Shown one piece after another: positions 39,815 through 53,219 of a stretch of DNA of 64,000 nucleotides. The translations under genes were made by a program, and so were the position numbers. The notes below the pieces were generated by a model. It saw only the letters and a list, made by a program, of their open reading frames with translations, was not told where the DNA came from and ran no database searches. The stretch's first letter is position 1, and the number at the start of each line of letters is the position of its first letter. The stretch is from Podarcis bocagei (lineage: Eukaryota), in the NCBI GenBank assembly GCA_964188305.1, contig OZ076889.1; one strand, written 5' to 3'.

Positions 39815-40294
39815 TAGCCATGTTCTTTCCCTGCATGTAAGTGAGGGAACCAGCACTTCCCACAACATGATTAACTTCTTTCTGGTTGTATAAAGGAATT
39901 GATTATCCTTTTATTATTGTAATCCCTCTGCAGCCATTTGTTTTACTTGCCCTCTTTTCCCATGGCAATTTTAATTCTAATTGGTGCTTTGGTGAAGTGT
40001 TGGATTGCAAGGAGGTAAGATGTGTATTTCTTGGAGACAAGGTGATGTTTGAAAATAGCATTGAAACTGAATGTCTGGGACAGAGAGACTAGCGCTGGTG
40101 GCATCATCTAAGAAACATGGAGGGGGGTGGAAGGAAATGCCAGCAGCTCTGATCCTACCATGTTTTAGGGTACATTGTATTAGAAAGGGAGATATGGGAA
40201 CTTGCCCAGAAAAAGACACTTATTTATAGCAAGAAATGGTTAGGAGACTCTTTGCAAATGCCTTCCTGTAGCATTCCTAAATTACAAAGTCGAT

Positions 40295-40475
40295 GTAAAA
40301 GGTAAAGGGTAAAGGACCCCTGGACGATTAAGTCCAGTCAAAGGTGACTATGGCTCATCTCACTTCAGGCCGAGGGAGCCAGCATTTGTCCACAGACAGC
40401 TTTCCGGGTCATGTGGCCACCATGACTAAACTGCTTCTGGTGCAGTGGAACACTGTGACGAGTGCCTGAGCGCAC
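40295..40475 (-). mobile_element. Sauria SINE 3' half
   Basis: ggtaaagggtaaaggacccctggacgattaagtccagtc is the reverse complement of the Sauria SINE 3' end. Confidence 0.9.
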
Positions 40476-41135
40476 AGTATAATAGATATAATTCATCCCC
40501 AAGACACCACTTGGCTAAGGTAAAAAGCCTTTCTCCTCATCTTAGTCAAAATGCAGCACAGTGAAGTAGCCGTACCATGATAATTTGGATTGTCAAAGCT
40601 TTAGCATGGAACATAATAATTTTTTTTGTTTCTTAGTTTACTTTTTATAAATCTTACTGGTATTTGATATAACCTTTGTTGATGTTGCACTCCAGATGCA
40701 TAGCACATTTTGCAGCAGTTTTCTTAACATTACCCCTCTGTGTTTAGTTCATTTAGGATTATTCCATTTTCTAGTGGCAGGGGGATGAAGCTGCTACAGG
40801 GGCACCAGTTCATTTCATGACAATGAGAGATGTGCAAATCTGGATCCCAATTTTTAGATCCTATGCTTCATTCACTGGACAATTCTAGCTCCACAAATAG
40901 TTCCCTGGCACCATGGGATTCACATGGGGAACAATAAATGTACTATCTTGGTTCAGCTATTTTGTAATTCGCTTAAACATAAAAGCTTTAGTTTCACAAG
41001 TGACTCTGACGCATTTCTGCTCATCTACATAAGCATATGGTCTAGTATCAAATTGTAAGCTGAATTTTAATGAAAGAGGCAGTGTCCAGTCATTCAACTG
41101 GGTACTACATGGTGACCTAGCTGAAGCCTCTACTA

Positions 41136-41320
41136 CAAAGCTTTCCAAACTTTTCATGTTAGTGACACATTTTTTAGACATGCATTATTTTGCGACACAA
41201 TGATTCAGTTTTACTAGCAAACTAGAAGATTAAACTAACCCCTTTCCAACCCTGGGAGGAGCATGGGGAGCGTTTGCATGACACACCTACAGACTGCAGC
41301 CGACATATGACCCTTGTGAT
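41136..41320. mobile_element. hAT-like non-autonomous element fragment
   Basis: caaagctttccaaacttttcatgttagtgacaca resembles a hAT-type terminus. No clear second TIR. Confidence 0.45.
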
Positions 41321-41409
41321 TATGGCTGATGAAAACTATATTTACACTTTTTGATGAAACTCCATCTACGCTACATACAGGAAGAAGCTCCTTCTCTTTT
41401 GTTCTTCTC

Positions 41410-41630
41410 TCTTTTGTTCTTCTTCTTTGGCGATCACTCATATCTGAGTAAGATTGTATTCCATAAGCACGGTTTTAACAATGAGCCCACAGGTGACTGT
41501 GGAGGCCAATTCTGAATCCACACGTCCTTCCACAGTGGGGACATTGGTTTTCAGGTGGGAGTTGATCACGCTGTGAATTTGCCAAGTGTGCCTTCCTCTT
41601 AGCACGTTTGAAAGCAACACTATGATTGGA
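41410..41630 (-). mobile_element. RTE-clade LINE 3' end
   Basis: Minus translation RAKRKAHLANSQRDQLPPENQCPHCGRTCGFRIGLHSHLWAHC* is an RTE-type C-terminal zinc finger. Followed by an (AAG)n tail. Confidence 0.85.
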
Positions 41631-43179
41631 CTGATATGGTTTGGCTGAAGGATTTTCTGGCCTATTACAAGCCTCTCCCTTCCCACCCTACAACTCTCCA
41701 CAGCTTATAAAAATCAGGAGAAAAGTTTATCCTCTGCGCTTCTAAATGCGAACCTTAGTTGTTGTTGTCCCCCCGCCAGAAAGAGGTTTTGCTGTGGTAC
41801 TCTGGCAGTGCATTGTAGCTAGCCTTCGTTATTCAGCGCTAACAATGGGCCCATGCTGGGAATATATGTCAAAATTTTAATAGGAGACGCAAGAAGACAC
41901 TTGGAGGACCTTAGAGGAAGGAATAGTCAGGTGCTCCATGGCTCTAGGATAACTGTGGGCAATGGCAGGTAGGTCACAGGGACTAACCATGCTACCACAT
42001 GTCAGCAGCCATTTTTGTTTCTTATGGGTATTGTTTCCTATCTGGATTCAGGTCTTGCCTGAATATTTCGTAGTTTCCCAAGAGAGCCTAAGTAGTCAGT
42101 CTCCCTTCTTCTGCAGAAAACACAAATGCTCCTTAAAACAGATTCATGGCCTTCCCTCTTAAAGTGATTTAGCAGAATTTCAAATTGCCATTTAAGCTGA
42201 TCTGCAACAACTTTACTCCATGTGCACCTCCTGCAGGAGGGGCCAATCAATGTGCCCTCAATGTGTTAGTTGTACTTCATACTCTTCTGTAACACAACTT
42301 GCCTCTGAAGCTGGTGAGTCTATTCATTACACCCTGTATAATACAATTGACTACAAGTGCTTAAAGTTGGTGACCGTGTTATAAATCAACAAAAGCTGAT
42401 CGGAATCGAGGCTGAAATAGCCCCGTAAATATGGGCCATGTAATCCATTATTGGAAATAGTTTTAACAGCCATCTTTAGCCAGTTTCCTCTAAAACAAGG
42501 CACATAATAATCTGATGATAATAATGATAAGCAGCCCCAGGGATAGTATGGATCAAACCTGGCATTAGCTTTCAGAAAGTATTTATTACAAGGCTTTGCC
42601 GTCTGTGCCACATCCCTTGTGTGCTATTATCCTGTACTGCTGCTTTATATCAAAGTTATGCTTTGGGTCTTAGTAAAGAGTTGCCTTTGAACATGTTTTC
42701 CAATATAGCTTTTGAGAGAGAATGCCAGATCCAGCTCTCTTGATATTTCCAGACAAGGTTTATATCTGTGTTTTTAACACCTGAAAATCCAATGGGCTGG
42801 AATAATTTGCAAGTATTCTTGTAAACATTATTTAAACACAGGATTAGGTAAACAAGTGGGGTGGAGCACTGTGCTAGAGATCTGTTGTGCCAACATCATA
42901 GCAACCCTGAAATCATGTATCTGACCTAAGGAAATTTCAACTCGCTCTGGATCATAATTTTCAAGCCATTGTTAAAGCAGGAGGCTGAAGTCTTTTGTAA
43001 AGTCACGAATACACGGCAAAGATAAATCCTTGATTAGTGGAAAGTTGACTACTCCCTGCCAATAGTAGATTTTCCAATGTGATTGATTCTGAAGTCTTTG
43101 TGCAGTAGTGCCCTTTTTTTTGGCCTCTGTTAAAAGTGGAGAAGCTGAAGAATGTTGTTTTGACTGATTGCAGCATGGA

Positions 43180-43865
43180 GCATAAGCACAGAGGCCTCCT
43201 GGATCAGGCCAGAGGCCCAACTAGTGCAGCTTCCTCCATCCTGCTAACATCCATGAAGGACTATTTTAGTGTGCTTTCCCTGGGGCTGCTCTTGGAGATG
43301 ATCCGAAATTGCAACTAGTGCAGATTGATAGGAGCAGCAGGCTGATATAGAAATATTGCAATACAATAAATAAACAAACACTGTTCTCACAGTGACCCAC
43401 CATATGCTTATGGGAAGTCTGCAAGCAGGACACCTCACAACTGCACTCTGGCCTCTTGTGCTTTCCAGCTACTGTTATTCAGATGCATATTGCCTCCAAC
43501 AGTAGAGGTGAAACATAGCCACCACGGCTAGTATCAACTGATTTTTCTAAACCCCTTTTAAAGCCACCTGAGTTGGCAGTTTTCACTACTTCTTGTAGTA
43601 GCAAATTCAGTTGCTTAGGGATAGCCAACCTCCAGATGCATGGCCAGTTCTAAGGAATGATGGGAGTTGGAGTCCATCAACATCTGGAGGGCATGTTGGC
43701 TACCCCTGCCATAGTTTATCAATGTGCTGTGTGAAGAGGAATTATGGGCTCTCGTATTATGATAGAGGAAGAAAAAGATATCTATCCACTTTCTCTGCAA
43801 CATGCATAATTTTATACAATGCTTATGATGTTCCCCTTTGCTCACTTTTCTTCTGCTTTAAAATG
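43180..43865 (-). mobile_element. CR1 3' fragment with nested MITE (43616-43708)
   Basis: Homologous to 8980-9450. MITE termini agggatagccaac / gttggctacccctg. Confidence 0.75.
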
Positions 43866-44907
43866 CCTCAGTTCCCACACTTTCCAATTCCTCTGAGCCT
43901 CCCTTCTGCTGGAACAAGTGCTACTTTATTATAGGTAGTGACAACTGGGTCTTCTAGAAAGAAACCACCTGAGGATGCTTAGACTTTAAGGACATTTGAT
44001 GTCATAGGAGCCAGTTGGTGCACAATGAGGAAATGTGTACTGAAGCCTCCATCATCACATACTTCCTCCCTGCCTACACAGTGTCTAATACGGGCGTCTA
44101 TAGCTAGAAAGTGATTCCAGCACTCTCCTCATCCCCTTGCCATGGCCTGCATATCCAATCTGGAGAGTTGTGCTTGTTTTAGGCACTTACCACATACAAA
44201 GTGAGCATCTAGCTGCTTTTGGACAGCACCTAGGTTGACAAAAAATATTTGGCTTGCTGTGGCAGCCAGGTTTGTGTTCGGTGGCTGTGATTTCCTACTG
44301 TTCATCGCAGAAACTGATTCATGTTCTCTGAATGGTATTAGATGTTCCACCTCTTATGATTCCATTAGGTTTTTTGAAAGGGTTAGTGTTACCTTAGGAA
44401 ATAAATGAGTATAAGGTGAGATTTCTGGCCCTCACAGTGGCACTTCATGTTGGCTTTGAGCTATGCTCAGAAATGCTTTTCTTCCGTGTTCTCATAAATT
44501 GTGGTATTCCTTGCTTGTAAATTGTTATCTAAACTGAGTGTTCTGTAGCAGACTCTGTTGTTTGAGAACTTGTAAGAAGTGGACAGTTGAGCACCACTAT
44601 GGTTAGGGTTGGGTGGAATGATGATAGATGTGTCTGAGAGCTCAGTAAGACACAGGCTGATCTTGCTTACATACAAAGCGAACAGTAGGAATTGTGTCTC
44701 CTCCCAGAACAATCAGTCAGCAAATGCTTCAAAATCCAGAAATAGGGCAGCCACACAGACAGCATCCATAGGGCTTGTTCCACTCCTTGTTGGTTGTGCC
44801 TTTCTAGTAGCCATAGGACTACTTCGAATCTAGAAAGCTGAACAGATGAGAACTCTGTGATATCTTCATACGACTTTGGTGAACAAGATGGTTCTTGTGT
44901 TTATAAG

Positions 44908-45115
44908 CCTGTGCAGTGTAGTGGCAAGGCTACTGAACAGGGACCTGGGATACCAGGGTTTAAATCTCCACTCAGCTATGAAGCTCATTGGGTCAGTCAC
45001 CATCACTCAACCTAACTTACCTCACAGGGTTGTTGTGAGGATAAAACCAGGAGAGGGAGAGCCATGTATACCACCATGAGCTCCTTGGAGGAAAGGTGAT
45101 AAATGCAATAATAAA
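44908..45115 (+). mobile_element. tRNA-derived MIR/CORE-like SINE (Squam2/Anolis SINE2-like)
   Basis: A-box gtgtagtgg, B-box ggtttaaatctcc, core cctaacttacctcacagggttgttgtgaggataaa, A-rich tail. Confidence 0.75.
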
Positions 45116-45959
45116 CTTCAGAAATATTGTAAATAAAATTTTAAAATAGCAGCAAACTCCTATTCATAAAGAACTGTGAACAATAGGGGTAAGGCATGAC
45201 TTCTGCATACCCACAATACTGCCTAACACTGTGTGCCTTTGTGCAAATGCAGCCTTAAATCTCACATTTCCTGTTGATGGAGATTTTGAGACCCTGCACT
45301 GTGGAGCATTCCTATTCTCCTGAAGTATAAAAGCAGGGCTTGTGTATGAAATCCCTCTCCTTTCACAGCAAAAAAAGAGCAATGTAAAATTGTATTAAAT
45401 TCCCTTGCTGCATTCAGTGACCGGACTGTATGACTGGAGCATGAACACAGTTTAAAAATAGCTTCCACATACAAACAAATAAGATAGCACCGGGGGGTAG
45501 TGCAGAGCTTATTGCAGAAATATTTTACTTTCAGCTGCATGTTACAGGTGGACTTTATATGCAAATGAAAGCTTGTAAACTGCCTTGGGCAGGCACTGTC
45601 AAATAGCCAAAAACTGTGCATGCGAGTCCCAGTGAGTTTGATGGGTCTACCATAAGTACATTTGCTTAGTTGCATCTTTATGGTGAAAGACCTATCAGAC
45701 TTGGGTTATTCAGTTAGATCTTTCCAAATATCAACTTGACAGTTCCAGTCAGAGATAGTATTTTATTTCACAGGCATTGTATGTTGTAATGTGCATATCT
45801 CTTTCAAATTTAAGCACAACCTCTGGGCACCTTTATCCTTACAATGACCCCAAATTAATTCAAAATATTTTGTACATCTTTTGTTGATGTTTCCAAATCA
45901 AGGCCTTTGGGGACTCAAGAACAAGTCTGGCAAGGTGAGACTGCATATATACATGGTCA

Positions 45960-46290
45960 TCATGTAAACCTGTCTCAATCTTAAGATCAGCACCAGAAGC
46001 CATGCTTTCTGGCATTTTGTTATTGGAAATTCTGACTGGTGAATAATAGGAACAGAGCCTTATTGATGGTGCTGTTGCAGTTATGTGATTCTCTCCCTGC
46101 CTTTAGATAGCTTTTCAAAACCTTCTTTGTATGCTTTCTGCTATTATTATTTTTTAAAACCCTCCCTACTTCATTCTTGTTTTAGTGCTGCTGTGTGTTT
46201 TGCCTTTGGTATTTTAGTCTGATTTTATTGTCCAATATATTTAGTTTTTATATTTGTAAACGTCTTTGATCGCTTTGGTAAAAACAGGAT
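45960..46290 (+). mobile_element. Highly decayed L2 3' fragment
   Basis: Weak similarity to 28440-28760. Confidence 0.4.
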
Positions 46291-46704
46291 AAAACTTCTC
46301 ATATTCCTCCCAGTGTTGTGAGGGTGACCCTGGCAATGTGCTTATGTTTGAAGGGGAAGTACAGAATATAACCATCAGATGGGCTCTGCCTATTGCCCAA
46401 CAGTAGATACATTAATAAGCAAAATATTTTTTATTATTAGTATTATTAGTATATTAATATTAAAAATGACAAAATGCATATATTTGTTCAGACTTTACTG
46501 ATGCAATACTGATTTCATATTCTATTTGGAGGAAAGCAGGAATGAATAAAGCAGTGTTAGTTTATAAGTGGGTTTTAGAAAGTTGAGAAAGTTTATAGGT
46601 GGATTCCACTTCAAAACTTTTGAGAAGTGCTGTTGTAGATATCACCATGATCTAGTTTTGGCTAAGTGTTTGCCTTTCTGTGGCTATTGTCTCTGTGTTT
46701 GGTC

Positions 46705-47009
46705 TCATCCAGACTTCCTTTTGCACTGTTCTTTCCAGGCACAGGTCTGCACTTTAAAGCTCCATGTCCAAACATTTGTTTTGGTTTTTGTCCCAGTGCT
46801 TTCACAGGACACATTTTACCACTGAATTGGAGCAGATAGGAGTCCACTGAAAACACAAATGCCATTTGCTCTGATTCAGCAGAAAAACTCAGCTTTTCCT
46901 CAGAAAGCACTGGGACAAAAAAGAGGAAAAAAAACTCTCAAAAAAACTACAGTGCTTTAAAGCTTGGACCCTTGTCTAGAAACACAGCACAAAAGGCATT
47001 CGGGATGAG
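46705..47009. mobile_element. ~300-bp fold-back (palindromic) MITE-like element
   Basis: Perfect 19-bp inverted pair at 46785-46803 / 46903-46921. Imperfect outer arms at 46707-46748 / 46966-47007, plus inner arms. Confidence 0.75.
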
Positions 47010-50000
47010 CCCTTTGTTTTAGAAGGCCAGGTGTGAATAAAAAAATTCAAAATTATTTAGTTTGATACTGTGGCACACATTTCACAAGTATCGTATATCT
47101 GTTTGCAAACAAAAAGGCCACCAGTTTCCTGTAGCAAAGTAGGTCTGGGTATGCTCAGTACCTGGATGACAGGCCCTTCTACTTCTGTGGTGGAAGAAAG
47201 GTGAGATACAAATGTAAATAAAATAAGCGAAACACTTATCTGTGAGGGAGAACTATTCATAATCCCTGGATCTTTATTTTGGCCACTGCTTGCATAAGTA
47301 CTGAACTTGAGGATCGGATCTAGAGTACAAACAAACATGAAGCAGTCCTTAGGGTTCAAACTGAAAACAAAACATTAGCATTTTGTTCAGTGTTTCTTTA
47401 TGTCATGATGAATAAGCCATGGTTTTATGCTGCTGCTGTGATTCACTCAATAATAGCTCTTCTTTTTTTTGCTCTTGAAAGGTGTTAGCAAACAAATAAA
47501 ATAACGATTAAGCACTTGAAAGGCTACATTTTCAATTTACTCTATATGCAATGCTTCAGTTTTTTGTGGTGTTCAATTTCTTTGCTATTACAAGGAGAAA
47601 CTGTCATTTCAGAGTTGAACATTTGCTATAAAAGGGCATGGTCTGAAAATGTGTGGTTTCTTGGCAAAATATCTAGCTGAGTTTGTTAATGAGGAGAGAA
47701 GGGCATATTCTACTGCTGCTATTTCTCTCAAAAACAATATATTTCTTTTAAAGAAAATTGTGCATGGCCTGTAGAATTGCTGCCCACATTGTAGTTGGGT
47801 TCTGTAAATAATAAAAAAATTTGACGCAGCTGTGAGATGAATTGCTGAAAGCTGTCTGTTTTGCATGTATGGTATGTAATTATTACTTGTCCTAAATGCA
47901 ATTATGTGATTGCCTATAATGTGTGAAGTTAAGATTTTGAAATATTCAAAACAATGAAAATTAAAAAGCTGGAAATGTAAATATTTGAAAGTCATATTTC
48001 TAAACAAGCCATTATTACTATAATAAGTGTACTTGCCTAGCTAACTAGGAGATTCCTTGATGAGCTGACTGGCTGAGGGCAAGGATCCAGGGCTGCTTGC
48101 TAGAGTTAGTCACAACAGCAGTGGATCTATTTAACACTCTACACTGCTTTCTATGCTCCCTAGAAGTTTCATTGTCATCCCTCAACACTAATTAAACAAA
48201 CATTCATCCCAGAAAAACAGTGGGTTAATTTTACTTTATACTGTATATCCTGAATTCCCTGATGTGCATGTTAGGCAATGAATCTGCATATGGAAGGAGT
48301 TCTATCCAATATGGGCCAAAATATGGACATTGCCTCCGCATTGGTGGAGCTGGACCAAAGCAGGTGAGCACATTAGGCAGTAGCATTTTTTCAGGAGATT
48401 CATTTAAGGAGAAGGAGGCGGCTATATTGTTTACCATAGCAGGAGGAATATGTATAAGGGGATGGCATGGATTTTAGAGATAAGAGGTGATAAATCTATG
48501 TCAGTCTCACCTGGAGTACAGAGCATTTGTGGGGGCACCTTATCATAAGAGGCCAAACCCCATCACCAGGGCTGGATTACAATTACTACAGAGCCAGGAA
48601 TTATCCTATCAAACACACTACTCTGATTCCCTAGATGCTATCCCAGTGTGTAGTGCTTAATATCAAGTAGCTACCACCACTGTATCACATTATTTACAAC
48701 CAGACAGATAACAATGCCTGAATATCTAGACCTGGCACATTTACTTATTTGAACTGATTTTTACAATTTCTTGGTCTGCTAAAAAAACCCCTCTATATAA
48801 TTGCCAGGCAGCAAAAGGCACAGTGGCAGGCTAGCATACTCGAAGAATAATCCCAGGACACAATCTGGAATGCTTAGCCAAAAAGAATATTAAGAGAAAC
48901 GGGTAGCTAGACAATATAAAACCAGGCATTCAAGAGATAAAAAAAGGTAAAAGCTATATTAATCAAGCATTGACTTGGATATAGATAGGAGGATTCAGGA
49001 ACAGGGTAAAAAAATCCTCAACTTAATTAGCAGGTTCCAGGGATTTTGAGTCTATTACCCTTGATGACATATTTAGTCTTGTTCAATAGAGCAAAACCAA
49101 CTTCTCCTCTTTGAAGCATGCGGCATTAAAGTCTCAAACATGATTACTGAAAATCCATGATTGAAGCCAGTGGACAATAAGGGTCATGAAAATGATGACA
49201 TAGGAATCCAGGTGAATATATATGTTTATCAAATATATTAAAGTGCTTCAAAACACAAAAATTGAATATAAATTTAAATAGAAAGTAGACCAATTTACAA
49301 CAGGTTTTGCTTGCTGAAATTGGAGAGAATCTTAACCTTTCTACAGGCACAAAACAGATGCAGTGATTTCTTGTTGGAATTTTGTCCATTATCATTGTTA
49401 GACCATTAATTATGAGGATGAGGTCCTGTGTATTCAATATTAGCAATTGCACAAACTAATAAATCTAATAGTAGAAAATATGGCTATGATTTGATTCAAG
49501 AGAGATATAGAAGTTAATCTGTGGAATAAACTATACCCACTTTTCTACATGATACTAGAAGGTACTGCATCCTTAGAGTAAGTATACACAGGTAACTTTG
49601 GCCCATTTGCCCCATCCAGCTGTTATTCTCTATCTTTAATAAATAGAGTAGGCTTGATGCTGTGTGGTTATCAGATGAGTTAAAGTGATCAGCTTCAGGA
49701 TATTGACTATATAGAATCAGAAGTCCTTTTTTCATTTTGCCAAAGAACTTTTGAATTGAAGCAGGTATTATTGGACTTCCCTGGAAAGTAAACAGCTTGG
49801 AAAGTGTTTGCTTGCAGCTCAGAATGACTGAGGTCAAAGTCATGATAGCAAGATTAGGACAAATGTGAGCTTCCAGTAGTTGGGCACATGCCTTGAGTAC
49901 ATTTAGGGATAGAGTCAACTAGGACTTCTATCCTAGTTGGTAAACAGTTACACCAACACCCACACCCACACACATAGCCATGAAAAACATGAGGGGACTA

Positions 50001-53000
50001 CGGCCAAAGTGGGATGATGTAAACCCAGCCATATCTCCAGATAGCCAGGCTGACAGCCACACAAATAATTTTTACTGCTTTCCTCCATTCAAGTTTCTCA
50101 ATATAACCAGATAGGGAAGCTCTAGCAGCCCAGCTTGCACCAGCTCCTACTGACTGTGAGGCAAGGCAAATTGTCATTTCCAAACGAGGCTTTGCTGCTG
50201 GCTCTTCTAGAGAAACTCTTTTTTGTTGGGTCAAGGATTTGGGGCCTCTTAAAATCGCAGATGACTGTTAAAGCCCTGAGCTGGAGTTCTGAACTTCAGA
50301 GAGAGATTTTCTCTTAAAAGTGCTGTGAATTATTATGTTGCTTTCCCCCACATTGCATTGTGAATAGATTACCTGAGGTTTTGCCCTTCTCGTGAAGCCA
50401 TAGACTTTTCCTCAGAAAAAGAATAACAGCTTGCAACTTAGCCAGCCCATCATATGTCTGTGTTGCTGTGAACTGAAGAGAAATACTGTGAGAAATGAAA
50501 AGGGGGAAATGTTTTGTGCTTCAGGGAGGAGGTACTGTAACAGGCAATGGCAAAAAGCAAAAGAAATTATTCACAGCACTTTAACAGAAAAGGTCTCCAA
50601 AGACTAGAATTCTTAGACTTCAGGCTTTTACAGAGAGTTCGGATTTGCGAATGAAACCGTTCTTTGACTAAACCAAAATAGCTTTTGTAGAGGACATACG
50701 TGCACAACAGAGATTAACGCCAGGGAGAGCAAGTCAATTAAACTATGGGAGACACAGAGGAATGATGTGTTTGTCAAGGCTGGTTCCTGGGGCATTGCAT
50801 TGCTTCCACCTCTCAAGAGAATCTGCAGAGTCTTCCTCTCTAGGCCAGGCCAAAATCAGCCAATGTTTTTGTTCACAGAAAGCTTGTATTGATGCTTAGT
50901 GCATCATTAATAAATTATATTGCCTTGCCAATCCTTCTAGGCAGTGGATTGCAACTATAGACCGTCTGTTAGAATTGGCACAAACTGACCTACCACCAGC
51001 AGAGTGTGTTTAACAGTGAACAGGTTTTTTGAGCTTAACAGCGAAGTACTAAAAATGTCAGCTCAGAAGTAAACCCTATTGGCTTCTGTGGGGCTTACTT
51101 CAAGGTAAATGGATATTGGATTGCATGCAGACTCAGCAGTGCAGAGAATGTTTAAAAAAACACTAATGACCCTCTTCCCAATTATTTTGTCCTACTTGTA
51201 CAATTCTTGAAATAATGGGGGAAGGGTGATTAAATTTGATGTGGGGGATCTCACGCCTGGGGGCTGAAAGTGGGCCAGGCCAGGGCTCTCTATCTGGCCC
51301 CTTGAGACTCTCCTCAGGCCATACTGTTTACCAGTCTCAAGTGTTTTTGCCTGACTGGAATGTGTCCTTGAACTATGATAATGCCTCCAGCTTGCCTGGA
51401 TGAAGAGAGATGTGTGGATGGTCATTTGTTCAGAAACTTACTCATTATTTTGTGACATTCCTAATATATGCCTTGCTGTTGATTTTAGATTAGTAGTAGT
51501 AAACGTATTATGGTGCAGTGTGGAATCAGCTCATAATTTACCATCTTTCTTGAAAAATTCTCAGAAAAATGTTCATATTTTTCAAAGAATTATATCCCAG
51601 CTCAAAATAATAATGTCAGCACATGTCCATTGAAGCCTTATCATTTTCATCTGTTTTTCCTTAAAGTTCTGTATACTGATCACAGCACGGAGTTGTGCAT
51701 TCTGCATGATATTGACACAGTTAAGGAAAATTCACAAGCTTCGGGGGTAAGAGTGCTGTGCAATCCCTGAGTTTGTCTGTCCAAGCTTAGGGAAGCTCCC
51801 CGATCCAAATGAGCTGGAGTTTAGGCTTCTTTCTTTTTATATACTCTTTAAGAACTTTTCCCTATCATGATGTGACTAATAAAACCCCGGCCGCCAGCTC
51901 TAACTGCAGACACCAGTAAGACCCCTGCCCTAGTCCTGCTCTCCGGTCTAATTATTTTCATATTGACCAGGGAGTTTTGAGCAGATAAATTCAGGGATTG
52001 CCGAGTTGCCTTGCTCCCCAGGCTTGGGTAGCTATGCCATATGGAACTGCACATTTCCCTTTAAAAAAATGTTCTTAGGGGCTTCTGCACAAGTCTGCCT
52101 GAACTATAATTAATAGTACTTGGACTAAACCCCCCCCGGCAAAAAACCCTCCACTTGATTATCTATTTTGCAATTTGCTTAGTTCAGTTGAACATACCTT
52201 GGCACAAATACTTTACAAACCTGCCTGGACAGTCTTGATAGTGATCACACATAGGTAGAATTTTATTTTACATTTCAATCCAAAGAACTTCTCAGGGAAA
52301 TGATGCTCAGTTTGTAATATAATCCAGAAGAACCAGTATCGTGCAAGCTGTAATTATGGACCCTACAGTGACATCACTTGGTAAAATATAAAATTAACAT
52401 ACAAAGTCACAAAATATTGTTTTCTGCTGAACTGAAAACTTGTTATAGTCTGATCTTATCTTTCCTTATTGCTCCGTGGTCTGCTTTGAATCCCACTATC
52501 CTCTTTCCTGTTTTTTGTTGCCTCTCTGCTCATTCCTTCCTTGTAATAATTACACATAGATTCTAAACCTCTGATAGAGTTTTAACAAAAAGATTTGTAA
52601 ATCTCTGATCTAATAAAAATTAAGTTGATGTTTTACCTATAATTTGCCTTTGTGACTGATAGTTGTTGGCATAGTGTGACCCTGATAAACCTTTCTTTCT
52701 GTCTCAGCCGTCTTCTTGTTGCTGCAAACAGACACAAATTACCCTCATTTCGGGGGGGGGACTTCATTGTTGAAATCAATACAACATGAATGGAAAAACT
52801 CAAATTATTAGAACTCTATTTTCCTCTTTTCAGTAATGGTGCTGGGAAGAATTGATTGAGCTTTGGTGTTGCATTTTAAACAGCCATTCCCACACAGTTT
52901 GTTCATATATATTTTTTCTGGTGCCTTCTTTTTTGTAGTGAAACTTCAAGACCCATTTATGATGAACAAATACAAATGGCAATCTTGAATACTGCTTGTG

Positions 53001-53219
53001 GTGTTTGGTAATGTAAGACCTCTCATCATAGCTATTACCTTAGCTGTATGATAATGGAAATAGCTGTGCTTGGGAACCAAGAATTTATTACAGCAACAGT
53101 GCAATACTATGCTGTGCATGGGTGTTGGTTTGCTAAAGGCAGCGTGGAGACTGATGGAGATGGTATTGCTGTTGCATTGAATTGATAAAGCAGCACTATT
53201 CACCATACTTCACTTGCTA

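Noticed and set aside
50500-50830. TE-free block that looks like a 5' UTR
   Set aside because: No supportable donor site, ORF or motif cluster; cannot be called without conservation data.
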